Counted from the stretch's first letter, positions 28,851 to 39,220 are shown. The stretch: DNA of 64,000 nt from Dehalococcoidia bacterium (GCA_963662435.1 OY759598.1:3814507-3878506); one strand, 5' to 3'. Notes: generated from the sequence alone by a model not told the origin. Numbers and translations are program-made.

Positions 28851-29014
28851 CCCGTTCAGGCAGGTCTCCTGGCTTGCGGGTGGATTCTGTTGCCGCGACC
28901 CTTCCCGTCGACGCATCGACAGTGGGCTTCGACTCCAAATCCCGCTTACAGTGGCGCTACCGCGGCGGACTTTCACCGCCTTCCCTATTCTCCCTGGGTG
29001 GGCACCTGAACGGG
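28851..29014 (-). ncRNA. Cobalamin (AdoCbl) riboswitch
   Basis: Minus strand reads AGGTGC...AATAGGGAA, CGGTGAAAGTCCG, GCCACTGTAA, CCCACTG...GGGAAGG, B12 box AGCCAGGAGACCTGCC; P1 CCCGTTCAGG/CCTGAACGGG. Confidence 0.95.
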
Positions 29015-29098
29015 CTGTGTTCTATTTTTGGTGACAGTGATGATATGGCTGAGCTATCAGGGCTGTCAAGAGGGGATTTTCATAATCCGGACGAACGG

Positions 29099-29124
29099 CC
29101 CTTCGACAGGCTCAGGGCGAACGG
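29099..29124 (+). repeat. Dispersed intergenic repeat family CCCTTCGACA(A/G)GCTCAGGGCGAACG
   Basis: Related copies at 2288-2307, 30897-30921, 42242-42265, 52031-52056 and 63172-63196 (reverse). Confidence 0.8.
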
Positions 29125-29134
29125 ATGGTTCCTA

Positions 29135-30601
29135 TCACCCCGGGCCGAGGCGGGAGGGGAGGGGGTGACGATCTACGATGAGCTCCACGTCCTCGATCAC
29201 GAGCGCGCCGACCACACGCTTCGCTCTCTCGTCAAGCGTGACCGACAGAACGTTCCGGCCCTTGCGCGGCCTGACGCCCGCAAGGACGAACTCCAGCCAC
29301 TGGCCCCAATAGGCGTTGAAGAAGCTGCCGTAGTCACGGCGGCACAGCTCGTTCTCCAGCGACTCGCCGTTCAACCGGATCGTCAGCCTGTCGTCTGCGA
29401 GGAGGTCGGCGATGAGTATCTTGAGGCGCACCTCGCGGATGCGGTCGCTGTCTCCCTCTACGTCGTCGGACACATAGAAGTCAATCTCGTGCGACGTGCC
29501 GGTGTCGTCGTGCGCGATCTCGACCGGCAGCGGCAGGTCGTAGCCGACCATATCGCTCATGTTGGTCCTCCGGTTGCCGAGATAGTGCTTGGACTTGTCC
29601 TTCACGAGACCTTGGTCGCCCATTTCTGTGAGGATCGTCCGTCCGGCGTCGTCGATGGGCCACTTGAGGAAGGACGTGTACGTGCCGTCCACGCCCATGT
29701 CCCAGTAGTTTGCGACGGCGGCACGCATCATCTCCGGCGTCGCCCACTCGCGGGTGTGATACTGGCGCGACTCCCTCGCGTAGTAGGAGGCGATCATGGG
29801 GTAAACCGATGTACCGGTGCCCTTCGCAGCCTCGACGAGCCAGTCGATGGGCATGTTGGAGTCGACGACGAAGTGGGCGTAGACCATCGGGGTGACATAG
29901 TCGACGAGCCCCTCCTCGATCCACGTGCGCACGTCGTAGCCGACTCGCGTGTTGATCTCTTCGGTCGGGTAGACGCGCGCTCCCACCTCGGCACGTCCGC
30001 CCGGCCTGTTGCGCGCCATCTCCGCCACGCGGCGCACCCAGTCGGTGAGGACAGGCATTCCCTCAGCCGCGTCCTCGGACCGGAACAGGGAGGGACTGCC
30101 GCCGGGAGGGGCCGCAAGGTCGAGCTCGATGCCGTCGGTCGGGTAGTCGTATGCCAGCTCCCTGAGCAGCAGGAAGTTGTGCTCCCGCAGCTCGTCGTCG
30201 AGGAATCCGCGCCCGCCCTCCGACGTGCTGACGGCCGGATCGGACGCTCCCTGCGGCGCGATGCGGAGGCTGGCGAAGAAGTCCATGCCCTTCTCGTGCG
30301 CCCTGTCGATGAGCACCGTCAGCGGGTCGAGGCCACGGTCGATGAGGCTCTGCATGTTGTGCCACACGCGGTAAGACGGCGCGGAGTCGAACCTTCGCGT
30401 GTCGTCGAGGAAGCGCAGCCCCACCTTGGACGGGTAGAACAGCCCGTCGCCGCGAGCGACGCCGTAGATGAACGTGTCGACCGAAGTCCCCGCGCACTCG
30501 TCGATGGGGGTCCACGCGTCCTCCAGCGCCATCGGCGGCTCGAAAATGAACAGGTAGTAGTGACGCGCGTCGTTGAAGTAGATCGTCCGCTGTCGTTTCA
30601 T
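29135..30601 (-). CDS. Hypothetical TIM-barrel protein (glycoside hydrolase-like) with C-terminal beta domain
   Basis: IYFND, LFYPSKVG, FFASLR, DGIELD, VDYVTP pattern; family assignment is tentative. Confidence 0.55.
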   Translation of the reverse strand: MKRQRTIYFNDARHYYLFIFEPPMALEDAWTPIDECAGTSVDTFIYGVARGDGLFYPSKVGLRFLDDTRRFDSAPSYRVWHNMQSLIDRGLDPLTVLIDRAHEKGMDFFASLRIAPQGASDPAVSTSEGGRGFLDDELREHNFLLLRELAYDYPTDGIELDLAAPPGGSPSLFRSEDAAEGMPVLTDWVRRVAEMARNRPGGRAEVGARVYPTEEINTRVGYDVRTWIEEGLVDYVTPMVYAHFVVDSNMPIDWLVEAAKGTGTSVYPMIASYYARESRQYHTREWATPEMMRAAVANYWDMGVDGTYTSFLKWPIDDAGRTILTEMGDQGLVKDKSKHYLGNRRTNMSDMVGYDLPLPVEIAHDDTGTSHEIDFYVSDDVEGDSDRIREVRLKILIADLLADDRLTIRLNGESLENELCRRDYGSFFNAYWGQWLEFVLAGVRPRKGRNVLSVTLDERAKRVVGALVIEDVELIVDRHPLPSRLGPG

Positions 30602-31211
30602 GGCGAATTGCTCTCCGGGAGAGTGGTGGCGCATAGGGTATCAGAGGCGGGGACTGCACAGAGACGACCGTGCTAAGGCAGGGGGGGCTTGTTTTCCCTG
30701 ACATTTCCAGACATTACGGGACATTTCTATCATGTAATTGTGTAATGGTGAATGCAATGGGGGCTGCGTGAGAGGTCGCGAATTCACGGCGTGGATGACG
30801 TACATGGATTCCCGCTTTCGCGAGAATCACCATGGCCTTGCGAAGGCCATATAAGGGAATGAAAACGGGACTCGAACCGTAGACGGCTCAATTCCACCCT
30901 TCGACAAGCTCAGGGCGAACGTACTCGCCAAATCTATTTTCATAGCAATGACAGGATTGCGCGAAGGTCTCCGAAAGCGGGAATCCGCAGCTTGTCCTCT
31001 CTGCGTGCTCTGCGGTGAAACATTCCGTCCGAAAACAAGATAAATTTTAGATTTGTCCAGTCTTGACACCCATATATCAATTGACAGTGTATAGAGGTGG
31101 AAAGGTAGCCTAAATGCCATAGAGCCTAATAAGGCGACGGCGGCGACCTGCCGTGCGTCAGCCTTTGGCTTGGGAAATCCTCGAATTTGAGGCTGTTCTT
31201 TGGGGGAAACA

Positions 31212-34200
31212 ATGAGAAACTACCTACATGTCACAACCTTGGCTATTGTCGGCGCGCTTACGCTGACCATGCTCCTGGGAGTCCTGCTCCCCTCGGACAA
31301 CGTGGTCTTCGCGGCCGATCCTGAGTTCGCAACCGATACTGGCCCATGGACGATACCCGAGAACACGCCACCGGGCGTCAACATCGGCAATCCCGTTTCG
31401 GCTACCGACGACGACGACGACGGGGCAAACAACAACGATATCGAGTTCGGCGACACGCTCACCTACAGCCTCGGAGGCACCGACGCTGCGTCGTTTGACA
31501 TCGACCCATCGACCGGACAGCTCATCACCAAGGCCCCGCTGGACGAGGAGACGCAAGGTACCTACACGGTGGAGGTGACGGTTAAGGACAGCAGCGGCAA
31601 CAGCCCCACTCCGCAGACCGTGACGATCACGGTGACGGACGTTCCTGAGGCTCCGGGCGCGCTCGCCGCGCCAACGGTGGTGTCGACAGATGTGGATGAC
31701 AATGACACCTTCGATCTGAAGGTAATCTGGTATGCGCCAGAAGACACGGGGGACGGTGTCGACGGCTACGATGTGGAGTACAAGAAGACTACTTCTGCCA
31801 GCTTCACCGATAATAGCCATAGTGGTACGAATACGAATGACACGATCACGGAACTGGACGTCGACACGTCCTACCAGGTGCGAGTGCGGGCCACGAACGC
31901 GGCGGGCGACGGCCCCTGGTCCCTCTCGAGCGTAGGGTCGACCAACAAGAAGGACAACGCCCTGCCCACATTCGGAGATGCCGCCGTCGAGCGGAACGTT
32001 CTGGAGAACTCTGATCCGGGGCTCATCGTCGGATTCAAGGTGAGTGCGACGGACGACGATAATGTGCTCCCGCTCACTTACCAGATCCATGGTCCGGACG
32101 CCAACTCGTTCGACCTGCAGGCATCGACCGGGCAGATACGGACGAAGAGGGGCGTGGTCTACGACTTCGAGACGAAGCCCATGCTGAATGTGACGATGAC
32201 CGTCTCCGACGGGCAGGGAGGAACCGACGCGACGCCGGTGACGATCAACGTCACGGACGTGCCCGAGGCGCCTTCGACGCCCGCCCGGCCGACCGTTCGC
32301 GCGACGCCGGGGTCGAGCAGGAGCCTCGAAGTGAGCTGGACCGCCCCCGACAACACGGGGCCCGCCATCACCGGCTACAACATACGGTACCGCGAAGGCA
32401 ACAGCGGCAGCTTCACACTCATTTCGCCAGAGGGCACGGGAACCACCACCACTATTGCGCCCACGGATACTAACCTCGAAGACGGCGATGATCGGCTCAC
32501 GCCCGGCGCCTCCTACGAGGTGTATGTGCGGGCCCAGAACGGCGAAAGCCCCAGCCAGTGGTCGGCGGCTGGCACAGGGAGAACGAGCATCGGCAACAGC
32601 GAGCCGAGATTCAATGACAGGTCCAGCCTGACCGAAGATAACCCTACCACTGACCGCACCGTGGCCGAGAACACCCGGGCGGGGCTGTCCGTCGGAAGAG
32701 CGGTCAGGGCCGTGGACGGAAACGGCGACACGCGCACCTACAGGCTGGTCGCTGAGATCCCAGGTAGTACAGCAAGCGAAGCGGTTGTGGCCAAGTTCGA
32801 CATTAACCCTTCGTCCGGGCAGATTCTGACCAAGGCTTCACTGAACCACGAGGCTACGGACTGCGACTACATTGAAACTGAAAATCCAACCACGTGCACG
32901 TACACCGTGAGGGTGCAGGTCTGGGATGGTCTCGATGAGGACAGGACCGAGCAGAATCTCTCCATTCTCGACGACGCCGACGACACCAACGACACCGACA
33001 TCATCGACGACACGATCACAGTCAACATCATGGTTACCGACGTCGCCGAGAAACCAGCTGCGCCAACGGTGACGGTCACCTCGCCTACTGACTCAAACAA
33101 CACGACACTAGTAGTGACGTGGGACGAGCCCGGGAATACGGGGCCGGCCATCACCAGCTACCGGTTGGAGTGCACTGGCCACGAGGTGCCCGACGAAGTA
33201 TGTCCCCAGGACCTAAATGTGAACCTCGTTGCTGATGGAGAAGATACGTACAGCATAACGGGGCTGACCGCAAACACTGCAAACCCCCCAGTCAGGGAAT
33301 ACCGGGTGCGGATGCGGGCGGACAATAACGAAGGCGACGGCGCGTGGTCCAGTTGGGTCACGCAGCGGACCAATAAAGAAAACAACGCCCTGCCCACTTT
33401 CACAGACCCGTCTGATAATACGTACACGGTACCTAATCAGCTGTATGTAGTAGAGAACGCTCCATCGGCCCAACAACCACTCACCACTGACGAAGCTGGT
33501 GCGACTGTCGCCAGCATACAAAAGGACGACAGTGGCGGCGACTCGCCGCTTACCCTCCGTCTTGAAGGCCCTGACGCGGGCCTGTTCACTATCGACGCCT
33601 CGACCGGGCAGATAAGAACGAAGTCTAAGCTGAATTACGAGGACCCCGACTGCTACGATAGTGCGGCTACCCCGACTACATGCTCCTACAGCGTGAGGGT
33701 GAAGCTTTCCGACCCCAATGGCGGCAGCATCTTCCACACCTTGACGATCAACGTCACGGACGCGCCCGAGCCCCCTAAGAAACCTGCCGCGCCGAGGGTG
33801 ACGGCTACGGCAGGCTCGGGCTGGAGCCTTGAAGTGACTTGGAATGCCCCGAGCAACGACGGCCCACCCATCACCGGCTACCAGATTCGGTATCGTAAGA
33901 CCGGGGACAGTGCTGCTACCTGGCGACGATGGCCCGTCAATGGAAGTGATGTCACGGGCAGGAGCGCCAAGATTACGACAATAGAGGACCCGGATAATGT
34001 TGATACTCAGGTGCACCTGGAGCCTCGCACCCAGTATGAGGTGCAGGTGCGGGCGCTGAACGGAGAGGGAGACCCAGCAACCTTCGAAACCGAAACCCCC
34101 CCCAACGACAACTGGTCGACATCGGGTCGCGGCACGACCAGCGCGAGCAACGAGAGGCCGGTCTTCGACAGCACGTTGCCGGTCGTGCCGCTGGAAGTTG

Positions 34201-37200
34201 AGGAAAACACGCGGTCGGGGCAGAGCGTCGGCAGCGCCATCGAGGCCACGGACCCCGACGGCCATAGGCTGACTTACACCCTTGACGGGCCCAACAAGGA
34301 CTCCTTCACCATCACCAACACCGGGCAGATACGGACGAGGTCGCCCCTCAACCATGAGGAGAGAGATAAATACTTGCTGACGGTGAAGGTGAACGACGGA
34401 CAGAGGAAGAACAACAGCGTCGCCGCCAAGTCGGTGACCATCACAGTAACGGACCGTACTGAGCCACCGTCCACGCCTGGGGCGCCGAGGGTAGCCGGGA
34501 TACCCGGCTCGACGGACAGCGTGCGCGTCACGTGGGACGAGCCCGCGAACATGGGGCCCGACATCACCCACTACAGGCTTCAGTACGCCGTCAGCGGGAG
34601 CAGTAACGCTTTTACACAACTGGATCCTCCTGAAGGCAATGCGGACAGGAGCGCGGTCATAACGGGGCTGACGGCGGGCACCCGCTACGAGGTGCAGGTG
34701 CGGGCGGAGAGCCCTGAAGGCCACAGCGACTGGTCGCGCCCGGGCACGGGATCGCCGAACCCCGACGTGGAGAACAGGAACCCTGCGTTCTCGGGCGGAG
34801 CGCGCACGTTCAACGTAGCCGAGAACACGCCGCCCAGCACCGACGTCGGCAGTCTTGTCGCCGCCCTCGACCCCGATGGCGACGTCCTGACCTACGCCCT
34901 GGAAGGGGTGGACGCCGACTCATTCGACATCATAGCCACCAATAGCGCAGCCCAGATCCAGACGAAGGACTCTCTGAACTTCGAGGAGAAGGCGCGCTAC
35001 TCGGTGGCGGTGAGGGTGAGAGACGGCAGGGGCGGGACCGACGCGGTCAACGTGACGATCAACGTGACGGACGTCAATACCGAGGCTCCGGACACGCCGT
35101 TCGCACCGACGGTGACGGCGCTATCGAGCACGAGCTTGCAGGTGAATTGGGACGCGCCGGAAAACACCGGCCCGCCCATCACCGACTACGACTACCGGTA
35201 CAAGGACGTGTCCGCGCAGACCTGGACGGAAGTCGCGAACACGACGATCACGGCCACGACGGTCACGATTGAAGGCCTGACGCCGAGCACGTCCTACGAC
35301 GTGGAGGTTTTGGCGAAGAACGCCGAGGGCACGAGCGACTGGTCGAATCCAGGCAACGGAGCAACGAACGCACCCGGCGCGAACAACCTGCCCGTGTTCA
35401 CCGAGGGCGCGAGCGCCACGCGAGCCGTGAGCGCGAGCGCCACGCCGGGCACGAACATCGGCGATCCCGTCGCGGCGACGGACGCCGATTCAGGCGACAC
35501 GCTGACCTATAGCCTCGAAGGGCGGGACGCGGCATTGTTCGATATTGACACGGCAAACGGCCAGCTTCGCACGAGAACCGGCGTCACGCTGCTCGTCGGG
35601 ACGACGTACACGGTCACGGTCGTCGCCGACGACGGAGCGGACACGGCGAGCATTGCGGTCTCCATCGAGGCCACCGCTGCGCCGCCGAACAACCCGCCGG
35701 TGTTCTCGCAAGGTGCGACCGCCACGCGGACCGTGCGCGACGACGCGGCATCGGGCGCGAACATCGGCAGCCCCGTCACGGCGACGGACGCCGATGCGGG
35801 CGACACGATCACCTACAGCCTCGAAGGAACGGACGCGGCGTCGTTCGCCATCGTTGCTTCGAGCGGCCAGATACAGGCCAGGGCGGCCCTTGACGCGAGC
35901 ACGAAGTCGACGTATTCGGTGACGGTGCGCGCGACGGACAGCAGGGGCGGAAGCGCCACGATCGCTGTGACCATAACGGTCACCGCGTTGCCGGCATCGT
36001 TCGGCTGCGCGACGAACGGCGCCGTCTCGGACGCATCGAACACCGGCCTGGTGTCCGACTGCGAGGCGCTGCTGCGGTCGCGGAACACGCTGGAGGGCAG
36101 CGCCAGGCTGAACTGGTCGGCGCACTTCCCGATCACGCAGTGGGAAGGTGTCGTCCTGAATGGCACCCCGGCGCGCGTGACAGCGGTTGTCCTCCGTGGC
36201 CGGGGCCTGGACGGATCGATTCCCGCGGATCTGGGTCAGCTCAACAGGCTGGTCCAGCTCAACCTGCGCTCGAACGAGCTGACCGGCAGCATACCGAATG
36301 AGATCGGGAACCTGACCAACCTTCAATGGCTGTTCTTGCACAACAACAGGCTTTCGGGCGACTTCCCGAACCTGAGCAGGCTGCGCAACCTGACGCGCCT
36401 GTGGCTCTCCGGCTCGAACAATAGAATAGGTGCGGGCAACGGCATCCCCAGGTGGCTGAACGGCATGTCCAACCTGCAGGAACTGAACCTCTGGGGCAAC
36501 CAGTTGGGCGGTCAGATTCCGAACCTGAGCGGCATGACCAGCTTGAATCTGCTGAAGCTCCAGCATAACAGCCTGACGGGAACCATCCCGTCCTCGTTTG
36601 GGAACATGAGCAGCCTGGGCGGCCTGTACCTGCACAACAACAATCTGAACGGGACGATCCCTTCGGAGCTTGGTCGGCTAACCGGGCTGGTACGCCTGTG
36701 GCTCGACAGGAACGACTTGAGCGGGACGATCCCGTCGGAATTGGGCAACATGTCCAGTCTCCGTACGCTGAACCTGCATGGCAACCAGCTGACGGGCAGC
36801 ATTCCGGCGCAGCTTGGAAACCTGTCTAGTCTGAATTTCCTCGCGTTCCACAACAATCGAAGGGTCGACGCAAACGGGACCGTATTGAGCAACGGATTGT
36901 CTGGGACGATCCCGTCTGAACTGGGGAATCTGAGTGCATTGATCCGGCTGGCGCTGTCCAACAACAGCCTGACGGGGACGATCCCGTCCGAACTGGGTGA
37001 CCTGGATAGGCTGAGGCTGCTGTGGCTCTCGCAGAACCAGTTGAGCGGCGCAATCCCGTCTGGATTGGGCGATCTCGGCGATACGCTGAGCAACATCCGA
37101 CTCGCCGACAACAACTTCGATGCCAATACGTGCGTGCCGAGGGCCCTGTCGAACGTGGCTACGAATGACTTCAGTGAAGCGGGTCTGAGCATCTGCTCAC

Positions 37201-37205
37201 AATAG
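31212..37205 (+). CDS. Giant secreted protein: cadherin-like and fibronectin III repeats plus C-terminal plant-type LRRs
   Basis: Signal peptide; 8 NxxPxF...ATDxD cadherin-like units, 6 FN3 units, about 12 LxxLxLxxNxLxGxIP repeats. Confidence 0.9.
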   Translation: MRNYLHVTTLAIVGALTLTMLLGVLLPSDNVVFAADPEFATDTGPWTIPENTPPGVNIGNPVSATDDDDDGANNNDIEFGDTLTYSLGGTDAASFDIDPSTGQLITKAPLDEETQGTYTVEVTVKDSSGNSPTPQTVTITVTDVPEAPGALAAPTVVSTDVDDNDTFDLKVIWYAPEDTGDGVDGYDVEYKKTTSASFTDNSHSGTNTNDTITELDVDTSYQVRVRATNAAGDGPWSLSSVGSTNKKDNALPTFGDAAVERNVLENSDPGLIVGFKVSATDDDNVLPLTYQIHGPDANSFDLQASTGQIRTKRGVVYDFETKPMLNVTMTVSDGQGGTDATPVTINVTDVPEAPSTPARPTVRATPGSSRSLEVSWTAPDNTGPAITGYNIRYREGNSGSFTLISPEGTGTTTTIAPTDTNLEDGDDRLTPGASYEVYVRAQNGESPSQWSAAGTGRTSIGNSEPRFNDRSSLTEDNPTTDRTVAENTRAGLSVGRAVRAVDGNGDTRTYRLVAEIPGSTASEAVVAKFDINPSSGQILTKASLNHEATDCDYIETENPTTCTYTVRVQVWDGLDEDRTEQNLSILDDADDTNDTDIIDDTITVNIMVTDVAEKPAAPTVTVTSPTDSNNTTLVVTWDEPGNTGPAITSYRLECTGHEVPDEVCPQDLNVNLVADGEDTYSITGLTANTANPPVREYRVRMRADNNEGDGAWSSWVTQRTNKENNALPTFTDPSDNTYTVPNQLYVVENAPSAQQPLTTDEAGATVASIQKDDSGGDSPLTLRLEGPDAGLFTIDASTGQIRTKSKLNYEDPDCYDSAATPTTCSYSVRVKLSDPNGGSIFHTLTINVTDAPEPPKKPAAPRVTATAGSGWSLEVTWNAPSNDGPPITGYQIRYRKTGDSAATWRRWPVNGSDVTGRSAKITTIEDPDNVDTQVHLEPRTQYEVQVRALNGEGDPATFETETPPNDNWSTSGRGTTSASNERPVFDSTLPVVPLEVEENTRSGQSVGSAIEATDPDGHRLTYTLDGPNKDSFTITNTGQIRTRSPLNHEERDKYLLTVKVNDGQRKNNSVAAKSVTITVTDRTEPPSTPGAPRVAGIPGSTDSVRVTWDEPANMGPDITHYRLQYAVSGSSNAFTQLDPPEGNADRSAVITGLTAGTRYEVQVRAESPEGHSDWSRPGTGSPNPDVENRNPAFSGGARTFNVAENTPPSTDVGSLVAALDPDGDVLTYALEGVDADSFDIIATNSAAQIQTKDSLNFEEKARYSVAVRVRDGRGGTDAVNVTINVTDVNTEAPDTPFAPTVTALSSTSLQVNWDAPENTGPPITDYDYRYKDVSAQTWTEVANTTITATTVTIEGLTPSTSYDVEVLAKNAEGTSDWSNPGNGATNAPGANNLPVFTEGASATRAVSASATPGTNIGDPVAATDADSGDTLTYSLEGRDAALFDIDTANGQLRTRTGVTLLVGTTYTVTVVADDGADTASIAVSIEATAAPPNNPPVFSQGATATRTVRDDAASGANIGSPVTATDADAGDTITYSLEGTDAASFAIVASSGQIQARAALDASTKSTYSVTVRATDSRGGSATIAVTITVTALPASFGCATNGAVSDASNTGLVSDCEALLRSRNTLEGSARLNWSAHFPITQWEGVVLNGTPARVTAVVLRGRGLDGSIPADLGQLNRLVQLNLRSNELTGSIPNEIGNLTNLQWLFLHNNRLSGDFPNLSRLRNLTRLWLSGSNNRIGAGNGIPRWLNGMSNLQELNLWGNQLGGQIPNLSGMTSLNLLKLQHNSLTGTIPSSFGNMSSLGGLYLHNNNLNGTIPSELGRLTGLVRLWLDRNDLSGTIPSELGNMSSLRTLNLHGNQLTGSIPAQLGNLSSLNFLAFHNNRRVDANGTVLSNGLSGTIPSELGNLSALIRLALSNNSLTGTIPSELGDLDRLRLLWLSQNQLSGAIPSGLGDLGDTLSNIRLADNNFDANTCVPRALSNVATNDFSEAGLSICSQ

Positions 37206-37222
37206 TTGAAAGGCAATCTCCG

Positions 37223-37299
37223 GGTCGGGCGGCTGAGTCGCCCGGCCTTGAGCAAGGTTGGAAAGCCCGAAGGCAGGTATGATCTGACTTCGGGCTTTC
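37223..37299 (+). terminator. Two hairpins downstream of the giant surface protein gene
   Basis: GGTCGGGCGGC/GTCGCCCGGCC (37223-37247) and GAAAGCCCGAAG/CTTCGGGCTTTC (37261-37299); weak U-tail. Confidence 0.45.
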
Positions 37300-37477
37300 G
37301 ATTTGATACGGCCGGATTGGGATTGACGGGCCATCAGGCCTCTATCTATAATCCCTTCGATTTTCCAGAGGTGTTTTCGGTCTTGGGTAGCTGTAAGTAA
37401 TGAGATGCAGTATCATATCGGCATTGTACACAGCCTAGCCGGACCAACCGCTTGGAGCTATATGTGAGGTATCGCTG

Positions 37478-39220
37478 ATGCCTGTCTCGCACGAGAACGA
37501 GAGTGTCCGGTTTGAGCCGGACGAGAGTCCGCCTCATCTGCTGGCTGTCGGAGCCGGGTTGCAGGCTGCGATGATAATCGTGGCGCCGGTTGTCCTGACG
37601 GTAGTGATCGTTGCCCGGATCGCCGACCAGCCGGACTCCTACATCTCGTGGGGCGTCTTTGCCGCCTTGCTGGTCAGCGGCGTTACGACGGCAATCCAGG
37701 CAATTCGGGTGGGAAGGGTCGGTTCGGGACACGTGCTCATCATGGGCACGTCGGGTGCGTTCATCGCCGTGTGTGTCGCAGCATTGGTGCAGGGTGGCCC
37801 TGGCACGATGGCTAGCCTCATCGTCGTGTCGTCGTTTATCCAGTTCGCGTTGGCGGCTCGCCTGTCGCTTCTGAGGAGGATATTCACCCCAGTAGTTACC
37901 GGCACGGTCATCATGTTGATAGCGGCAACGGTCATGCCGATCATCTTCGATTCGCTGATGGACGTGCCGGAGGGCACTTCGGCTGCGGGAGCGCCGGCAA
38001 CCGTGGTGGCTACGTTGGTCGTCGTTACGGCCTTGGTGTTGCGTGCGCCAGCTAAATGGAGGCTATGGTCGCCGGTAATCGGGATAATTGTTGGGTGTAT
38101 TGTCGCGGCGCCGTTCGGTATGTTCGATGTGCAGGGCATACTCGACGCCCAATGGATAGGCGCCCCCTTTGGCTCATGGCCCGGCTTCGACGTGACTCCG
38201 GAAATCGAGTTCTGGGCCCTGCTGCCCGCGTTCGTTGTGGTCACAATTGTTGGCGCCATCGAGACGATTGGCGACGGCGTCGCGATTCAGCGCGTCTCAC
38301 AGCGTAAGCCGCGCGCGACCGATTTTCGAGTGGTGCAGGGCGCGCTGAACGCGGACGGAGTGGGCAACTTTCTCTCCGGCCTCCTGGGTACACTTCCAAA
38401 TACGACCTACTCCTCCAGCATTGCGCTTGCCGAAGTGACGGGAATTGCAGCCAGACGTGTGGGCGTCATCATCGGCGTCATTTTCGTCTTGCTGGCATTC
38501 TTCCCCAAGGTAGCAGCGTTGTTGATCGCCATTCCTCCACCGGTCGCGGCTGCCTACATTGCAGTGCTCTTGGGTCTCCTGTTCGTGCAGGGAATGAAGA
38601 TAATCATCCTGGACGGTGTTGACCACCGGAAGGCTGCAGTCGCGGGACTGGCATTCTGGATCGGCGTTGGATTTCAGAATCAGTGGGTTTTTCCGGATCT
38701 GCTCGGTGACGGATTCTTGGGAGTTCTGCTTGGAAACGGCATGACATCCGGAGCGCTTGTCGCGGTCATCATGATGGTGTTCATGGAACTGACGAGTCCG
38801 CGGCGCAGACGCCTGAAAGCTGCGTTGGATGAGGATGCCCTGCTGAAGTTGAGCGAGTTTCTCCGCGGATTTGCTTCAAGACACAGGTGGGACACTGCTT
38901 CCTCGGACCGGCTGCTCCTGGTTGGAGAAGAGACGCTGACCAGCCTCTTGTCGGATGACGGCGGTGTCTTGGAGAACGACACGCCCAGGCAGTTGGTCGT
39001 TACCGCCCAAGCCGGTAGTGGCGGGGCGGAGCTGGAATTCGTGTCTGCAACTGAGGGGGAGAATCTCGAGGATAAGCTGGCATACCTCGGTGAAGCTCCG
39101 GATATTGCGGACGAACGGGAAATTTCATTCCGACTGCTCCAACATTACGCATCGTCGGTACGCCACCAGAAATACCACGGGGTGGATATCGTCACGGTAA
39201 GCGTGGACGGCGCTCGCTAA
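37478..39220 (+). CDS. NCS2 (uracil/xanthine) fold permease with C-terminal RsbW-like domain
   Basis: FTPVVTG, IETIGD, ADGVGN, FFPKV; about 140-aa soluble C-terminal extension. Confidence 0.85.
   Translation: MPVSHENESVRFEPDESPPHLLAVGAGLQAAMIIVAPVVLTVVIVARIADQPDSYISWGVFAALLVSGVTTAIQAIRVGRVGSGHVLIMGTSGAFIAVCVAALVQGGPGTMASLIVVSSFIQFALAARLSLLRRIFTPVVTGTVIMLIAATVMPIIFDSLMDVPEGTSAAGAPATVVATLVVVTALVLRAPAKWRLWSPVIGIIVGCIVAAPFGMFDVQGILDAQWIGAPFGSWPGFDVTPEIEFWALLPAFVVVTIVGAIETIGDGVAIQRVSQRKPRATDFRVVQGALNADGVGNFLSGLLGTLPNTTYSSSIALAEVTGIAARRVGVIIGVIFVLLAFFPKVAALLIAIPPPVAAAYIAVLLGLLFVQGMKIIILDGVDHRKAAVAGLAFWIGVGFQNQWVFPDLLGDGFLGVLLGNGMTSGALVAVIMMVFMELTSPRRRRLKAALDEDALLKLSEFLRGFASRHRWDTASSDRLLLVGEETLTSLLSDDGGVLENDTPRQLVVTAQAGSGGAELEFVSATEGENLEDKLAYLGEAPDIADEREISFRLLQHYASSVRHQKYHGVDIVTVSVDGAR

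Noticed and set aside
28750..28938. N-terminal extension of the btuC ORF in the track
   Set aside because: It runs through the riboswitch; a TTG with GGAGG at 28749 is the better start.
28727..30676. 649-aa plus-strand ORF
   Set aside because: Antisense to a real CDS and the riboswitch; typical high-GC shadow frame.
31095..31155. Possible c-di-GMP-I riboswitch upstream of the adhesin (GCCTAA...ACGGCGGCGACCTGCCG)
   Set aside because: Only the 3' half is vaguely similar; I could not find GGCAAA, the GNRA-capped P2 or GACGCAAA. An Rfam scan would settle it.
33213..36635. Long minus-strand ORFs (503 aa, 381 aa)
   Set aside because: Shadow frames of the giant cadherin/FN3/LRR gene.
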